IMG/VR virus record: IMGVR_UViG_3300037851_000102
Location: 1 to 64,000 of that record
Strand: one strand, 5' to 3'
Origin: a virus
Length of the DNA stretch: 64,000 nucleotides
Position numbers and translations under genes: made by a program. The notes under the pieces were generated by a model, which made no database searches, was not told the DNA's origin, and saw nothing but the letters and a program-made list of their open reading frames with translations. Below, piece after piece: positions 1 through 9,845 of the stretch. Each line of letters starts with the position of its first letter. The first letter of the stretch is position 1.

Positions 1-294
1 GTTATTCGTTGGCCAGCGTTTGCGGTCGATGGACGAAAACTTGTGTTTGCCGCAGGTCAATTTTTGATTCCAGGCGAAACAGTTTATGTGTTGGTCGATC
101 AGTCAGAAGCTCAAGTTTTTGATAATTCTGACATGAACGCAAACTTATTAGCGAGCAACCATCTTGGTTCAACGGATGCGACGATTGATCGGTCACAGCC
201 AGGACGAGGCATCATTGTACAAAGGCCAGATGGGACAAAGAGAGAGATCACGCTCGACAATTTTGACAACATAGTTGTGTTGTCGGTGCCGTAA
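1..294 (+). CDS. 3' end of a virion/tail protein (truncated by window edge)
   Basis: Frame is open from base 1 to TAA at 292-294, followed by GGAGA RBS of the next gene. Confidence 0.6.
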   Translation, partial: VIRWPAFAVDGRKLVFAAGQFLIPGETVYVLVDQSEAQVFDNSDMNANLLASNHLGSTDATIDRSQPGRGIIVQRPDGTKREITLDNFDNIVVLSVP

Positions 295-304
295 GGAGAT
301 ATGA

Positions 305-1327
305 ATGGGTAGCCCAGTAGCAACGATTGGACAGTTTGAAAGAAAGAATCTCATCATAAACGGTGCCTTTGATTTTTCTCAAAGACGAGCGACTGGTTCC
401 ACCGCAATTACAAGCACTGGTGGTAACTATCTTGCTTCTGATAGGTGGCTTGTCGGTCACAGCGGCGTTGTGAGTCCGACAACTCAGAACACTGGCAACG
501 CGGTTGCGCTTGCTACAAAAAGCACAAGACAGGGGTCATGTAGTGGGACTATTACAGCAGGAGATTTCTTTGTATTTCGTCAAAGAATTATTGCAGACGC
601 CGTTCGTGATCTTGCTCTGGCCTTAAAATCCGTCAGCCTAAGTTTTATTGCCCAGTCAACAACTATGGAGAGAATACGGGTCGGACTGTCTTATCCAGTC
701 GCACTTAACGATTGGTCAAGCAGCACTGAGTTTTATACAACAAACTTGGTTCATAGCCTTGGCGGTTATGAGTTCTTTTCTCTAAACGACATCCCCCTGC
801 ACGCAAATTGTGTAAACGGCCTCAGACTAGACATTCAGTTCGAGAGTGTGGCCTACGCTGGTGGGGTAGACGTTCACTTGACTGAGGTAATGTTAAATGA
901 AGGTAGAGTTGTTGCCCCCTTTGAGAGGAGAGGAGTCACTCTTCTCGGTGAGGAGCTTCTTTGCTCTTACTATTACACAAAGAGCGGTCGATACCACAAC
1001 ACAAGTAACGAGTGGGTTCCTGGATCTTCTACTAAGGCCTCAAACGCAGCCATTCAGGCTCTAGGATTTAGAACAACGACAACAAGAGCGTCTATGAATG
1101 TTACGTTCCCTGTTCCGATGCGAGTTATCCCGACAATAACTTTCTATCCAGGTAGAAATGATGTTGCGAACACGGCGAACAACATTGCGGTTTACAACTC
1201 TGAAACTCTGGTGACTTTCTCGGACAGCGTTACGAGGAGTGTTTCTGGACTCTCTGGAGAATTTCAGAGTTTATCGACAGCCGCCGAAGCATATACGTTG
1301 CAGTACACGGCAGATGCAGAGCTATAA
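305..1327 (+). CDS. tail fibre/receptor-binding protein paralogue 1
   Basis: N-terminal NLIINGAFDFSQR, EELLCSYYY and FPVPMR motifs and a terminal ADAEL, shared with 4401 and 5453; typical of phage tail-fibre carbohydrate-binding modules. Confidence 0.7.
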   Translation: MGSPVATIGQFERKNLIINGAFDFSQRRATGSTAITSTGGNYLASDRWLVGHSGVVSPTTQNTGNAVALATKSTRQGSCSGTITAGDFFVFRQRIIADAVRDLALALKSVSLSFIAQSTTMERIRVGLSYPVALNDWSSSTEFYTTNLVHSLGGYEFFSLNDIPLHANCVNGLRLDIQFESVAYAGGVDVHLTEVMLNEGRVVAPFERRGVTLLGEELLCSYYYTKSGRYHNTSNEWVPGSSTKASNAAIQALGFRTTTTRASMNVTFPVPMRVIPTITFYPGRNDVANTANNIAVYNSETLVTFSDSVTRSVSGLSGEFQSLSTAAEAYTLQYTADAEL

Positions 1328-1336
1328 GGAGAGACG

Positions 1337-2176
1337 ATGGGACAAATAATTCAAGCAGATCAAATCTCAACACCAAGTCACTCCGCAGGGACGATCACTC
1401 TGCCGCCGAGTCTTCTGACTTTAGGTGGACGGCAGTATAGGACTTCGACACTGACTCGATTGATTTCGGCAGATGTGACGTTGGCGGCGAACACTCTTTA
1501 CTTTGTTTACGTTCAAATTGTTTCAGGTATTCCAGCGTTGAGAATCTCTGCCAGTGCGCCGAGTGTGTATAAGATTTCAAATCCGACAGCGGTTTTGGTG
1601 AGTGGATTTTATTCAAATGGACTATCTGCCTTTGGAACTTTTATTTATGATGTGTCCACAACGCCACGATCTGAGATGGTGCTGGGTGGTGCAAATGTTA
1701 TTGGGTCGCAATCAAGTGTTCCTACAAAGGGCAACGGCGGCTCCCCAGTAACAGACCTATTCAGGTGGGAAAGAAATGGTAAAATTATTCAAACTTACCA
1801 CGAGTATGCACACACCACAGCGGGCGCGGCAGGGGGGGCTGGTAACTATCTACTAGGCCTCCCATTCCCAATAAGCACAATTTATTCTCTGAATACTGAT
1901 TCTTATGCTGGAGCGGGTGGTTTTTACGATGCGAGAAGTCACATTGGCAAGGGTCATGTGACTGTCGGCGGCACTTCAGATGCCATGACTATTCTCCAGC
2001 CATACGCCTATAGTCCCGCTCAGGCCCGCGTGTGGTGTTTTCAGACTCAACCAAGTGTTGCTGGTGGCGGCTGGGGACAGAACTATTATGCGTTCAGTAA
2101 CGCGACAATGTATTGGTCTTACACAACTAGATACGAGGCTCAAGGATTGTCTGAGACTCCGCTGAAAGACTTGTGA
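1337..2176 (+). CDS. putative tail fibre-associated virion protein
   Basis: Gly/Ser/Thr-rich, beta-rich composition; RBS present; lies in the tail cluster. Confidence 0.55.
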   Translation: MGQIIQADQISTPSHSAGTITLPPSLLTLGGRQYRTSTLTRLISADVTLAANTLYFVYVQIVSGIPALRISASAPSVYKISNPTAVLVSGFYSNGLSAFGTFIYDVSTTPRSEMVLGGANVIGSQSSVPTKGNGGSPVTDLFRWERNGKIIQTYHEYAHTTAGAAGGAGNYLLGLPFPISTIYSLNTDSYAGAGGFYDARSHIGKGHVTVGGTSDAMTILQPYAYSPAQARVWCFQTQPSVAGGGWGQNYYAFSNATMYWSYTTRYEAQGLSETPLKDL

Positions 2177-2184
2177 GGTAATAA

Positions 2185-3456
2185 ATGAGCATAACTGGAC
2201 AAGAAGATATTAGTTATAGCAAGAAGGAGTTGAAGGAGAGTCGCGCTGGCTCGATCAACACCACGAAGACCTTGATCTTCAAGCACCAAGCAAGCGAAGG
2301 CGATCTTGTTATCGACACAACTGCGCTCGTAGCTCCAAGCGATGCTCTGGCAAACGGCTTTGTGCAGGACAATCCTTCGGCGGTAAACCTTCTCGTAAAT
2401 AAAAAGAATCTCAAAATTCACTCATCACGAGGCATCTGGCTTCAGTTGTATGAGGATTTCATTGTAACAGGTCAGAACACAATCCAGCTTATCGGCAACA
2501 TCGCTGACCTTGGCGGCGCACTTGAGAACGAGGTGTTCACGATCTACGCGGTGCCAGTTCAATCGAACGCCACGATCACGACTGACCATAAGAAACAGTA
2601 CCAAGAGTACATCCTCGCTGATGGTCAAACGGTTTTGAATTTAGGTCGTGAGTACGAGGTTGGCAGAAACATCACATCCCAGCTTGGCGCGATCAGGGTT
2701 TTCAGAAACGGTGTCGGGCCACAACTTAGAAACGTAGACAACGTAGCGGCTGACCCACTAGCTGACGGTAACTACCAAGAGATCGACGCTGGCAACGGGC
2801 TTGGCACTACGATTGAGTTTAACGTCGCGCCTTCTGGTCAAGACGATGTGATCGTTGTCGAGTTTGGACTTGAGTACGCTGGCGACTTTTCTTTAGTTGG
2901 TGACATCCAAGCCCTTTACGGCTCAGTCCTAAAGCTCGCAGAGGATGTGAAAGACCTCGGCCCTTACGACATCACTCGGTACTTGACTGCAAATCCAAGT
3001 GAAGTTGAGCGCAGAGCGTTTGGCGATCATGTACTTGATCTCCTGGGTAGAGAGTGGAATCAGGCAAATTATTGGGAGCAAATCAATGAGATGATAGCGA
3101 GTCCGTCTGTAACTTTAGGGACAGAAGTCTCCAACGTAATAAATTTGCGATTTTTTGGGGATAGGCGCGGCAAAACATATACTCTTGGTTTTTCGTTTAA
3201 CTTTGATATGGCGACTGGCAACAACTTCGACCTCTTCTCTCTTAATCTTACACAGTTCTCGTTTTTTAGTGGCAAAGAAATTGAATATATTGGCGGCACA
3301 TTTTGGACAAATATAAATAGTGGCGTGGCACCAGGCTCGATTGTTGCTGGCGGAGTGGATCATTCTGCGGGCCTAGTTAGGTTTAATTTTTCTGGACAAT
3401 TCTTGGCTCAAGCCAGTCGATTAGCACTTGGCTCTTTGGTTATAAGGGCACTATGA
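2185..3456 (+). CDS. putative virion structural (tail) protein
   Basis: 423 aa ORF with RBS in the tail cluster. Confidence 0.55.
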   Translation: MSITGQEDISYSKKELKESRAGSINTTKTLIFKHQASEGDLVIDTTALVAPSDALANGFVQDNPSAVNLLVNKKNLKIHSSRGIWLQLYEDFIVTGQNTIQLIGNIADLGGALENEVFTIYAVPVQSNATITTDHKKQYQEYILADGQTVLNLGREYEVGRNITSQLGAIRVFRNGVGPQLRNVDNVAADPLADGNYQEIDAGNGLGTTIEFNVAPSGQDDVIVVEFGLEYAGDFSLVGDIQALYGSVLKLAEDVKDLGPYDITRYLTANPSEVERRAFGDHVLDLLGREWNQANYWEQINEMIASPSVTLGTEVSNVINLRFFGDRRGKTYTLGFSFNFDMATGNNFDLFSLNLTQFSFFSGKEIEYIGGTFWTNINSGVAPGSIVAGGVDHSAGLVRFNFSGQFLAQASRLALGSLVIRAL

Positions 3457-3466
3457 GGAGTGAAAT

Positions 3467-4354
3467 ATGTTTTTAGTTAGAAATCCAATCGCACTGCTTG
3501 ATGAGAAGGTGAACGACTTTCAGTATCTCGATCACAAGTCGATCCGAGTGCCCTCGTCGAGAATCTTGATCGGGACTGCGAATACTCTCGAAGATGCGGC
3601 TCTATATTACTCGCTGACCGATCTCACGATGGACTTGACTCTCGGTGCTGTAAATCTCGGGCTCGACACTGGAGCGGAAGCACAGGATCAGTGGTACGCG
3701 GTCTACGCGGTGCCAGGATCAAACGGCTCTTACGGATTGCGGTTCTCTGCCAATGCCCCATACCAAGCGGGCGGCAGCGGCCCCGTCGGGTTTACAAAGT
3801 ATCGCTATCTTGGTCTGGTGAGGAATGGCGGCAACTTCTGGGATGCGACCAACAATTCCTACGGACGTGGAGACATTGTTCATTTTGTGAAACAGCAACG
3901 AGAAACTTACTTTCAAGCGTTCCATACAAACAACGGCGGTCTCTATCCTGTGGTTCCAGGCTTTCAACACATCATGCTTGGAGTATCTAATACATCCACC
4001 AACGGAGTCGTGTTTAATGTCACGATTGCGGGGAATGTTGGGTTCACAGGACTCTCTGCAAATGGTGCCGCGAAACTTCCTTACCGACACGTTCCATACC
4101 TGTTCGGATGTGGGGTGAACGCCAACTCCGTTGTTTCTATGATTTTTGAAGACGATAGCGGTAACTCAAGACACGCTATACTCTCTGGCTCAAATAGCGG
4201 AGCATCTTTATGGGGCTGCGAGGGGTGGCAGAACTTCTCGATCAATGACAACTGGGTGGCGGCTATTAGGCTCAACAATAACGCAAACTCTAACGTGTCC
4301 CGATTTATTGGGTTCCGAGCCATGCGAGATCCGTACATCCTGGGAGGTAAGTAA
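3467..4354 (+). CDS. putative tail fibre protein
   Basis: GLDTGAEAQDQWYAVYAV...P.GFTKYRYLG segment typical of phage tail-fibre modules. Confidence 0.6.
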   Translation: MFLVRNPIALLDEKVNDFQYLDHKSIRVPSSRILIGTANTLEDAALYYSLTDLTMDLTLGAVNLGLDTGAEAQDQWYAVYAVPGSNGSYGLRFSANAPYQAGGSGPVGFTKYRYLGLVRNGGNFWDATNNSYGRGDIVHFVKQQRETYFQAFHTNNGGLYPVVPGFQHIMLGVSNTSTNGVVFNVTIAGNVGFTGLSANGAAKLPYRHVPYLFGCGVNANSVVSMIFEDDSGNSRHAILSGSNSGASLWGCEGWQNFSINDNWVAAIRLNNNANSNVSRFIGFRAMRDPYILGGK

Positions 4355-4404
4355 TGGCAGCACCAAGGCTTGATAAGACTTTAAGATATGAGGAGGCAAC
4401 ATGA
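4354..4404 (+). pseudogene. 16-codon minigene/deletion scar MAAPRLDKTLRYEEAT
   Basis: N-terminus matches the next gene (MSAPRLDR); overlaps the upstream stop (TAATG) and the downstream start (ATGA). Confidence 0.5.
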
Positions 4405-5471
4405 GTGCGCCGCGCTTAGATCGTTTGGATAGAAACTTCATCATCAATGGTAATTTTGATTTCTGGCAGAGGGGTGTTGGTCCGACTCAAATCAGTTCTG
4501 TTCCCTATGTGGCTGATCGCTGGAGTCACACTGAAACTCTGGCAACAGGAGCGGCCACGATTGAGAGATCGACAGACGTTCCGAACTCTGCATCAAAATA
4601 CTCTGCCAAGATAACGGTAACGGCGGCACAAGCTCCTGCGGCGGGAGAGGTTTCATTTTTTCAACAAGTCATTGAGGGGAACATATTTCATCCAGCCAGA
4701 GGCAAAGACTTGACGCTAAGTTTTTATGTAAAAAGCTCTGTGACTGGTTCCTGGTATTTGTCTTTCAGAAATGGTGCTGTTGATAGAACACTGTTAAAGA
4801 TGTTCACAATCTCTGTCGCTAATACTTGGCAGAAAGTAATTATCAACTTCACTCATGATGAAACTGGCACATGGCTCTATGACTCGGGCGCAGGCTTGCG
4901 GGTCGCGGTAACTTTGGCGGCTGGCACAAATTGGCTATCAAGCACCGTAGATGCTTGGCAAAGCGGTCAGTATTATGGAGCCACTGGTCTTGCAAATCTC
5001 TTCGCCGTCAACGGCTCTACTCTATTTTTGTCGCAAATGAAACTTACTATTGGTGAAGCTGAAGATCACGAAGAGTTCTCAATGGCTGGTCGAGACTACG
5101 CCGAGGAGCTTCGTCTTTGTCAGAGGTACTGTTTTGTAACTGATATGGATACTGGCGGAACATCGAGTATTGGTGACGGTGGCGGGACAACTGCTGGGGC
5201 AGGATATTGTCATATAATTATGCCTGTTGATATGCGGGCCGCGCCCGTTCCCACCAAATTTGGGGACGTTACTGTTCACTTTCCAGGTGCGTATCAGGCC
5301 GCCTCAACATTTCGCACGAACCGAATAGATCAATTAGAAGAGTTCAATACTTTAATATATCTGGTGGCTGGGTTGTTACACATCGACCCTGCTCTATCGA
5401 GTCTGATAATGGCGGCTATTTTGTGTTCGATGCAGAGCTATAAGGAGAGAGTATGGCAAGAATACCTTTAA
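4401..5471 (+). CDS. tail fibre paralogue 2, probably frameshifted near 5310 (native stop likely 5441-5443)
   Basis: NFIINGNFDFWQRG and ELRLCQRY motifs; the -1 frame from about 5310 ends YFVFDAEL-stop, like paralogue 1. Confidence 0.7.
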   Translation: MSAPRLDRLDRNFIINGNFDFWQRGVGPTQISSVPYVADRWSHTETLATGAATIERSTDVPNSASKYSAKITVTAAQAPAAGEVSFFQQVIEGNIFHPARGKDLTLSFYVKSSVTGSWYLSFRNGAVDRTLLKMFTISVANTWQKVIINFTHDETGTWLYDSGAGLRVAVTLAAGTNWLSSTVDAWQSGQYYGATGLANLFAVNGSTLFLSQMKLTIGEAEDHEEFSMAGRDYAEELRLCQRYCFVTDMDTGGTSSIGDGGGTTAGAGYCHIIMPVDMRAAPVPTKFGDVTVHFPGAYQAASTFRTNRIDQLEEFNTLIYLVAGLLHIDPALSSLIMAAILCSMQSYKERVWQEYL

Positions 5472-6523
5472 GACAACCGAGCGACTCCCCATTCAAGAAT
5501 CATTTTATGAATGGTGGGTTTGATTTCTGGCAGAGAAACACAACCTTTACTTCTTTTGAAGGCAAGATTTGTGATCGCTTTGCTATTGGTTACGCCACTT
5601 CTCCAGGCCGAGCAACGTGGTCAAGAGAGGCTTCAATCATACCTCCGAATGGGTTGACCCCTTATTCTATGAAGGCACAGACCTCGATCATTGATGCGGC
5701 TCCAGCCGCAGGCGCACTTGGATTGCTTAGACATAGAGTTGAGGGCAATTATTTTCGAGCATTGAAGGGTAAAACCTTTTTCTTAAAAGGCAAGATTTAC
5801 ACAAATGTAACAGGTAACTGGACGATTGGATTTGCAAACTCAGGTGAAGGCAATCGCTGGCTCGATCAGATCAGTGTGCCTGTTGCAAATACTTGGACGG
5901 ATTTTATTCTGGATGTCACTCACAACCCAGCAATCGGAACATGGCTCTACGATGCGGGAGTTGGTCTAGTTATCGCGGTTCCTACTGTGGCGGGGACGAG
6001 CCATCAAACGTCGGCAGCGAATAAAAGAAATTGGAATACATCAACGGGCTGGGTAATAACAGGAAGCGCGAATCAAAACTTCCACTCAAGTTTGTCCAAT
6101 GTTCTTTATCTTGCACAGCTTCAGTTGGTGACTGATCCAGATGAACCATTCCAAAGGTTTGGTGGCAGCGTTAATGAAGAACTCAGGCTTTGCCAGAGGT
6201 ATTATACTCTTTCAATTCCGCAAGGCCCTGTTGTATCTGCGACTGGTGGACAGGGCTATGTAGGTAAGGCGACAGTTTCAACCGAGGTGTGGGGACAAAC
6301 TATGTTCCCTGTCCCAATGAGGACCGCTCCATCGGTGATTCCTTACGATAATTCAGGCAATGCAAACAGGATACATCGTGTAAATATAGGAGATCATCCA
6401 AATGCGGCGACGGCAAGTATTGTAGATAGCAATGGTTTTACTAGAATTGACTCCACTGGACTGACAACTGCTAACCCAACAAATGTTTATGTCTGTGGAT
6501 GGACTGCTGATGCAGATTACTAA
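5453..6523 (+). CDS. tail fibre paralogue 3
   Basis: NHFMNGGFDFWQR, ELRLCQRYY, FPVPMRTAP motifs; terminal WTADADY. Confidence 0.7.
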   Translation: MARIPLRQPSDSPFKNHFMNGGFDFWQRNTTFTSFEGKICDRFAIGYATSPGRATWSREASIIPPNGLTPYSMKAQTSIIDAAPAAGALGLLRHRVEGNYFRALKGKTFFLKGKIYTNVTGNWTIGFANSGEGNRWLDQISVPVANTWTDFILDVTHNPAIGTWLYDAGVGLVIAVPTVAGTSHQTSAANKRNWNTSTGWVITGSANQNFHSSLSNVLYLAQLQLVTDPDEPFQRFGGSVNEELRLCQRYYTLSIPQGPVVSATGGQGYVGKATVSTEVWGQTMFPVPMRTAPSVIPYDNSGNANRIHRVNIGDHPNAATASIVDSNGFTRIDSTGLTTANPTNVYVCGWTADADY

Positions 6524-6545
6524 ATTTAATTAAGGAGAGGTAACA

Positions 6546-7106
6546 ATGAAAATAGCACGAGTTTTTATTCAAGAATATCCAGGCCGACAAATCGGTGACA
6601 TCCATGATGTGTTCTCTCCAGAGAATCATCCAGGCTCAATTTTGAGTGGAACTATCAAAGAGGTTGAGGTTGCAGATGATTTCGACATGAGCATCATGCA
6701 GGGAGTGGTTGTCGATGGTGAGGTGACGTTTGAAGAATCACCAACGAAGGTTGCTGCGAAAGTGTCCGCAGATAAGGCGGCGCAGATCACTGAGCGGTAT
6801 AACGACATGAATACAGATGTTTATGCGTCTATGGCAGCAGTTTTCGGAACGAATAATCCTGACTCTGCTACGGCTTGGCATCAGACTTGGCAGTTGATGA
6901 AGACAAATCCTTCAGCTTATTTCAGTCTTGGGATGAAAGCTCATGTCTCGCATGGCTCTTTTCAAGTTGGCGATGCCTTGGATACAATTCAGAAGTGCGA
7001 AGATTATGCAGATGCGGCTCTTGCGGCTGTGGTAGCATACTCGGTGACTCGAATCACACGCATTAAGCAATTCCAAGATGAAAAGGCCGCTATCGAAGGA
7101 GCATGA
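6546..7106 (+). CDS. putative tail fibre assembly chaperone
   Basis: Position directly after the fibre genes, size, helical C-terminal half; AAGGAG RBS. Confidence 0.45.
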   Translation: MKIARVFIQEYPGRQIGDIHDVFSPENHPGSILSGTIKEVEVADDFDMSIMQGVVVDGEVTFEESPTKVAAKVSADKAAQITERYNDMNTDVYASMAAVFGTNNPDSATAWHQTWQLMKTNPSAYFSLGMKAHVSHGSFQVGDALDTIQKCEDYADAALAAVVAYSVTRITRIKQFQDEKAAIEGA

Positions 7107-7606
7107 TGAAGGTGCCAACAACAACACAAGAGATTGTTGCTTGGATCTTGATGAGTGCATTAGCCTTGTGTTTTGCAGGGCTAATTTTTTTCGTTCGCAG
7201 ATTTATTCAACACAATGATGACCATCACAAGAAGGTTGATGAGAAACTTGGATCTTTGAGCAGCAAGGCTGAAGAGAATGGCAGACAGGTCACTCAGGCG
7301 GTAAATCGTGTGAATGAGTCTGCCGTTAAGATCGAGCAATCGGCTCTTGAGTTCCAAAAAGAAATCAATAAAGAAATCCACGAAGTTCACAAGGCAACGA
7401 CACAGGTGAAAGCCGATGTCGCCACAATTCAAAATGCCGTTGTTGGTTTGCAAGACACAGTTATCAAGCACCAACACTCTCTTTCTCTTGGCGCAAAAGC
7501 GATGGTGAAAACCCGCGAAGAAGTCGATGGAATTAAAACCAAGATCACAAAGATCTCTGAGACTCTTGTGATTATTGGCACCAAGAAAAAGGGCGAAGGC
7601 GCGTGA
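7103..7606 (+). CDS. membrane-anchored coiled-coil protein (holin- or spanin-like)
   Basis: One N-terminal TM helix (IVAWILMSALALCFAGLIFFV) followed by coiled coil; lysis-cassette position. Confidence 0.45.
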   Translation: MMKVPTTTQEIVAWILMSALALCFAGLIFFVRRFIQHNDDHHKKVDEKLGSLSSKAEENGRQVTQAVNRVNESAVKIEQSALEFQKEINKEIHEVHKATTQVKADVATIQNAVVGLQDTVIKHQHSLSLGAKAMVKTREEVDGIKTKITKISETLVIIGTKKKGEGA

Positions 7607-7965
7607 ACAAAGATCAATACGCAGAGATGATAAAAGATGCGGCTCTTGATATTGGCAAGAAAGCTGTGATGCAGTTTCTTGTTTCAAAAGCATCATGGCT
7701 TGCGCTTTCTTGGGTGAACCCCTTTGTCGCATGGATCGTTGGTAAAGTTTTAGAGATCGCGATCAAGCAGACCGAGATGGGAATGTTCTTCATGTATATT
7801 GATCTAAGAACTTCCGCACAGGGAAGAGCTTTTCAAGAAGCTGCGATCAACAACCGCAACACTCAAGATAAACTTCGACACGGATTGATTTCAAAAGAAG
7901 AGGCCGCGAAAGCAGAGAAAGAGTTGATCGATTCTTTTAGGAGCTTCGTAAAATTCACAACATGA
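7603..7965 (+). CDS. hypothetical protein, lysis cassette
   Basis: Coupled ORF with a hydrophobic/amphipathic segment. Confidence 0.5.
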   Translation: MNKDQYAEMIKDAALDIGKKAVMQFLVSKASWLALSWVNPFVAWIVGKVLEIAIKQTEMGMFFMYIDLRTSAQGRAFQEAAINNRNTQDKLRHGLISKEEAAKAEKELIDSFRSFVKFTT

Positions 7966-8183
7966 TGGCAACAGTGCTTTGGTTTAATTCATGGGCTAAT
8001 TTTGGCTTTGTTCAAACTGAAGACGGCAAGAGCCACATGATTAGATCCAAAAGAGGCTTGAACAGAGATCAAGTTGTCAGAGTAAGGAGAGTGGGAGATG
8101 TCGTTGTTCCAACAGAAGAAATTGTGGTTGATACTTATCTTGAGCGGTTTTCTCTCAGCCTGCGCTACAAGTCCACCCGATAG
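7962..8183 (+). CDS. cold-shock-domain-like small protein
   Basis: ATVLWFNSWANFGFVQTEDG resembles the CSD RNP1 region (VKWFN..KGFGFI). Confidence 0.45.
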   Translation: MMATVLWFNSWANFGFVQTEDGKSHMIRSKRGLNRDQVVRVRRVGDVVVPTEEIVVDTYLERFSLSLRYKSTR

Positions 8184-8475
8184 CGAAGTTTGCACCGAGA
8201 TCCATCAATCAAAGGGATGGTGTACGATGACCATTTCAGATAAGGAATTTTACATCGATGATGAGAATCCTTATGATTGGGGAGATGGCAAGGGCAAGCA
8301 AACTTGGTGGGAGATCAGGCCGACGATGGTTCAGGTGCCTGCGCGAACGTGGGCAAAGATCAAGTCCTACATCATAAAAACTTGCAAAAAGTACGGGAAT
8401 TGCGATTCGGCGATAAGCGGCTGGGAGAGAAGAGCTGGCAGGATGGATGAGCAATTAGGCCAGAAAGGTCTTTGA
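8098..8475 (+). CDS. lipoprotein, possible outer-membrane spanin
   Basis: Signal peptide with lipobox LSAC; several Cys; lysis-cassette position. Confidence 0.55.
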   Translation: MSLFQQKKLWLILILSGFLSACATSPPDSEVCTEIHQSKGWCTMTISDKEFYIDDENPYDWGDGKGKQTWWEIRPTMVQVPARTWAKIKSYIIKTCKKYGNCDSAISGWERRAGRMDEQLGQKGL

Positions 8476-8561
8476 CACGCCGCTAATCAAGCCTCAAGAG
8501 GCGGAATAGGGCATTCCGAAGAGGGTTATGCGCAAACTTTAACAATGAAAAAGGAGTTACC

Positions 8562-9047
8562 ATGAAACTATTTATGATTTTGATCGCATTTTGTCTGTCA
8601 GCGTGTGGGATCGCATTTGCTCAAGAGGTCGTTGCACCTGTTCCGCCAGTTGTACCTGATTTGCCTGTTGCCTCTTTTTTAGAGCAAGTGTTCGCGGCAG
8701 TGAAGGATTTCGGGGGACTCAGTTGGGGTCTGAAGGTGATCGCTGTATGTACGCTTCTCATTGCCAGCATGAAGGTCAGCGTCCTCAAGCCGTTGTGGGA
8801 CAAACTTGGAGCCTTCAAGGTTCTCGCCGCTCCCGTTCTCGCTCTCGTTATGGGCGTGGTAAGTTTAAGCACAGGCGCGGTCGATGGTAAAATCACAGGA
8901 GCCGCTTTGATGGCTTGGGCGATGGCAGGCGGTGGAGCGATCATCCTTCACCAATTACTCGATGCAATAAAAGAATTGCCAATGGTCGGGCCGAAATATG
9001 ATGCGTGGATTGATCTTGCCAAAGGGTTCTTAGGCGGTAAAAAATAG
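8562..9047 (+). CDS. multi-pass membrane protein (holin-like)
   Basis: Signal-like N-terminus, about 3 hydrophobic helices, basic C-terminus. Confidence 0.5.
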   Translation: MKLFMILIAFCLSACGIAFAQEVVAPVPPVVPDLPVASFLEQVFAAVKDFGGLSWGLKVIAVCTLLIASMKVSVLKPLWDKLGAFKVLAAPVLALVMGVVSLSTGAVDGKITGAALMAWAMAGGGAIILHQLLDAIKELPMVGPKYDAWIDLAKGFLGGKK

Positions 9048-9086
9048 ATTCAAAGAAGTAGTTGCTTTCTTCTTTGCCATGTTGTC

Positions 9087-9115
9087 AGGGCAGGAGTCAA
9101 ATCCTGCCCTTTTTT
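9087..9115 (+). terminator. rho-independent terminator
   Basis: AGGGCAGGA-gtcaaa-TCCTGCCCT followed by a T-run, at the convergence of + and - modules. Confidence 0.85.
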
Positions 9116-9117
9116 AT

Positions 9118-9507
9118 TTAAGCCGCTTTCACAATTTCAAGAAGTTCATCAAAGAATTTGATGTTAAGACGTGTCTCGCTCGCAACGTGTTTGAGTGCGA
9201 TGGCGACCTGTGGGTTTGAAGTTTCAAAAGATCGTGCAGCGTTCTCGATAAGCTGCGCAGAAGCCTCAAGAGAGACCTGTGCGCGTTCAGCCAAGGTCAC
9301 GCATCCATCTTCATCGCTGGTCAATCCTGCGAGAGATTTGAAGTGTGGAAGCTCATTCATCCAACGAAACTGATCGAAGCTCGCAAGATACCGCTCAAGA
9401 ACAGTGCCTTTTGAAACTGCGCGAACAGCTTCAAGATCTGTGTGATCGATATCTGTGCGCTCAAAAATTTCTACCATGTCGAAAACGAGTTCTTTCATCG
9501 CGCCCAT
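9118..9507 (-). CDS. hypothetical early protein
   Basis: ORF coupled to 9507-9839. Confidence 0.55.
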   Translation of the reverse strand: MGAMKELVFDMVEIFERTDIDHTDLEAVRAVSKGTVLERYLASFDQFRWMNELPHFKSLAGLTSDEDGCVTLAERAQVSLEASAQLIENAARSFETSNPQVAIALKHVASETRLNIKFFDELLEIVKAA

Positions 9508-9839
9508 TATTGCACCTTCTTGATTGAAGTTTCGTTGCCAGTCTCGCGAGTGTATTTTGCAGCTTCAGCCTTCGCAGCTTCGAGCGTGTCGAACTCACCA
9601 AGAAACGTGTCGTTGTGATTGTAAAGCTCGAATGAAGCCTGATCGATCTCATCGGCATCGAAATCAGCCAAGGTCAAATTGCTTCGCTCAGTGATCGATT
9701 GAGGACAATCCATCAAGCGCATATCGCAGACCTGAACTAAAACGTAATTGCCGCCATTCTGATCGTCGATGATCTTCACACGCAAATTGCTGTGTGGCTG
9801 ACCTTTGACTCCGTTCATTAAGTAGTATTGTGTGCCCAT
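9507..9839 (-). CDS. hypothetical early protein
   Basis: Directly downstream of a copy of the repeated promoter/RBS. Confidence 0.65.
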   Translation of the reverse strand: MGTQYYLMNGVKGQPHSNLRVKIIDDQNGGNYVLVQVCDMRLMDCPQSITERSNLTLADFDADEIDQASFELYNHNDTFLGEFDTLEAAKAEAAKYTRETGNETSIKKVQ

Positions 9840-9845
9840 ATTTTT

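Noticed and set aside
305-6523. Diversity-generating retroelement acting on tail fibres
   Set aside because: No reverse transcriptase in the window and no template/variable repeat pair differing only at adenines
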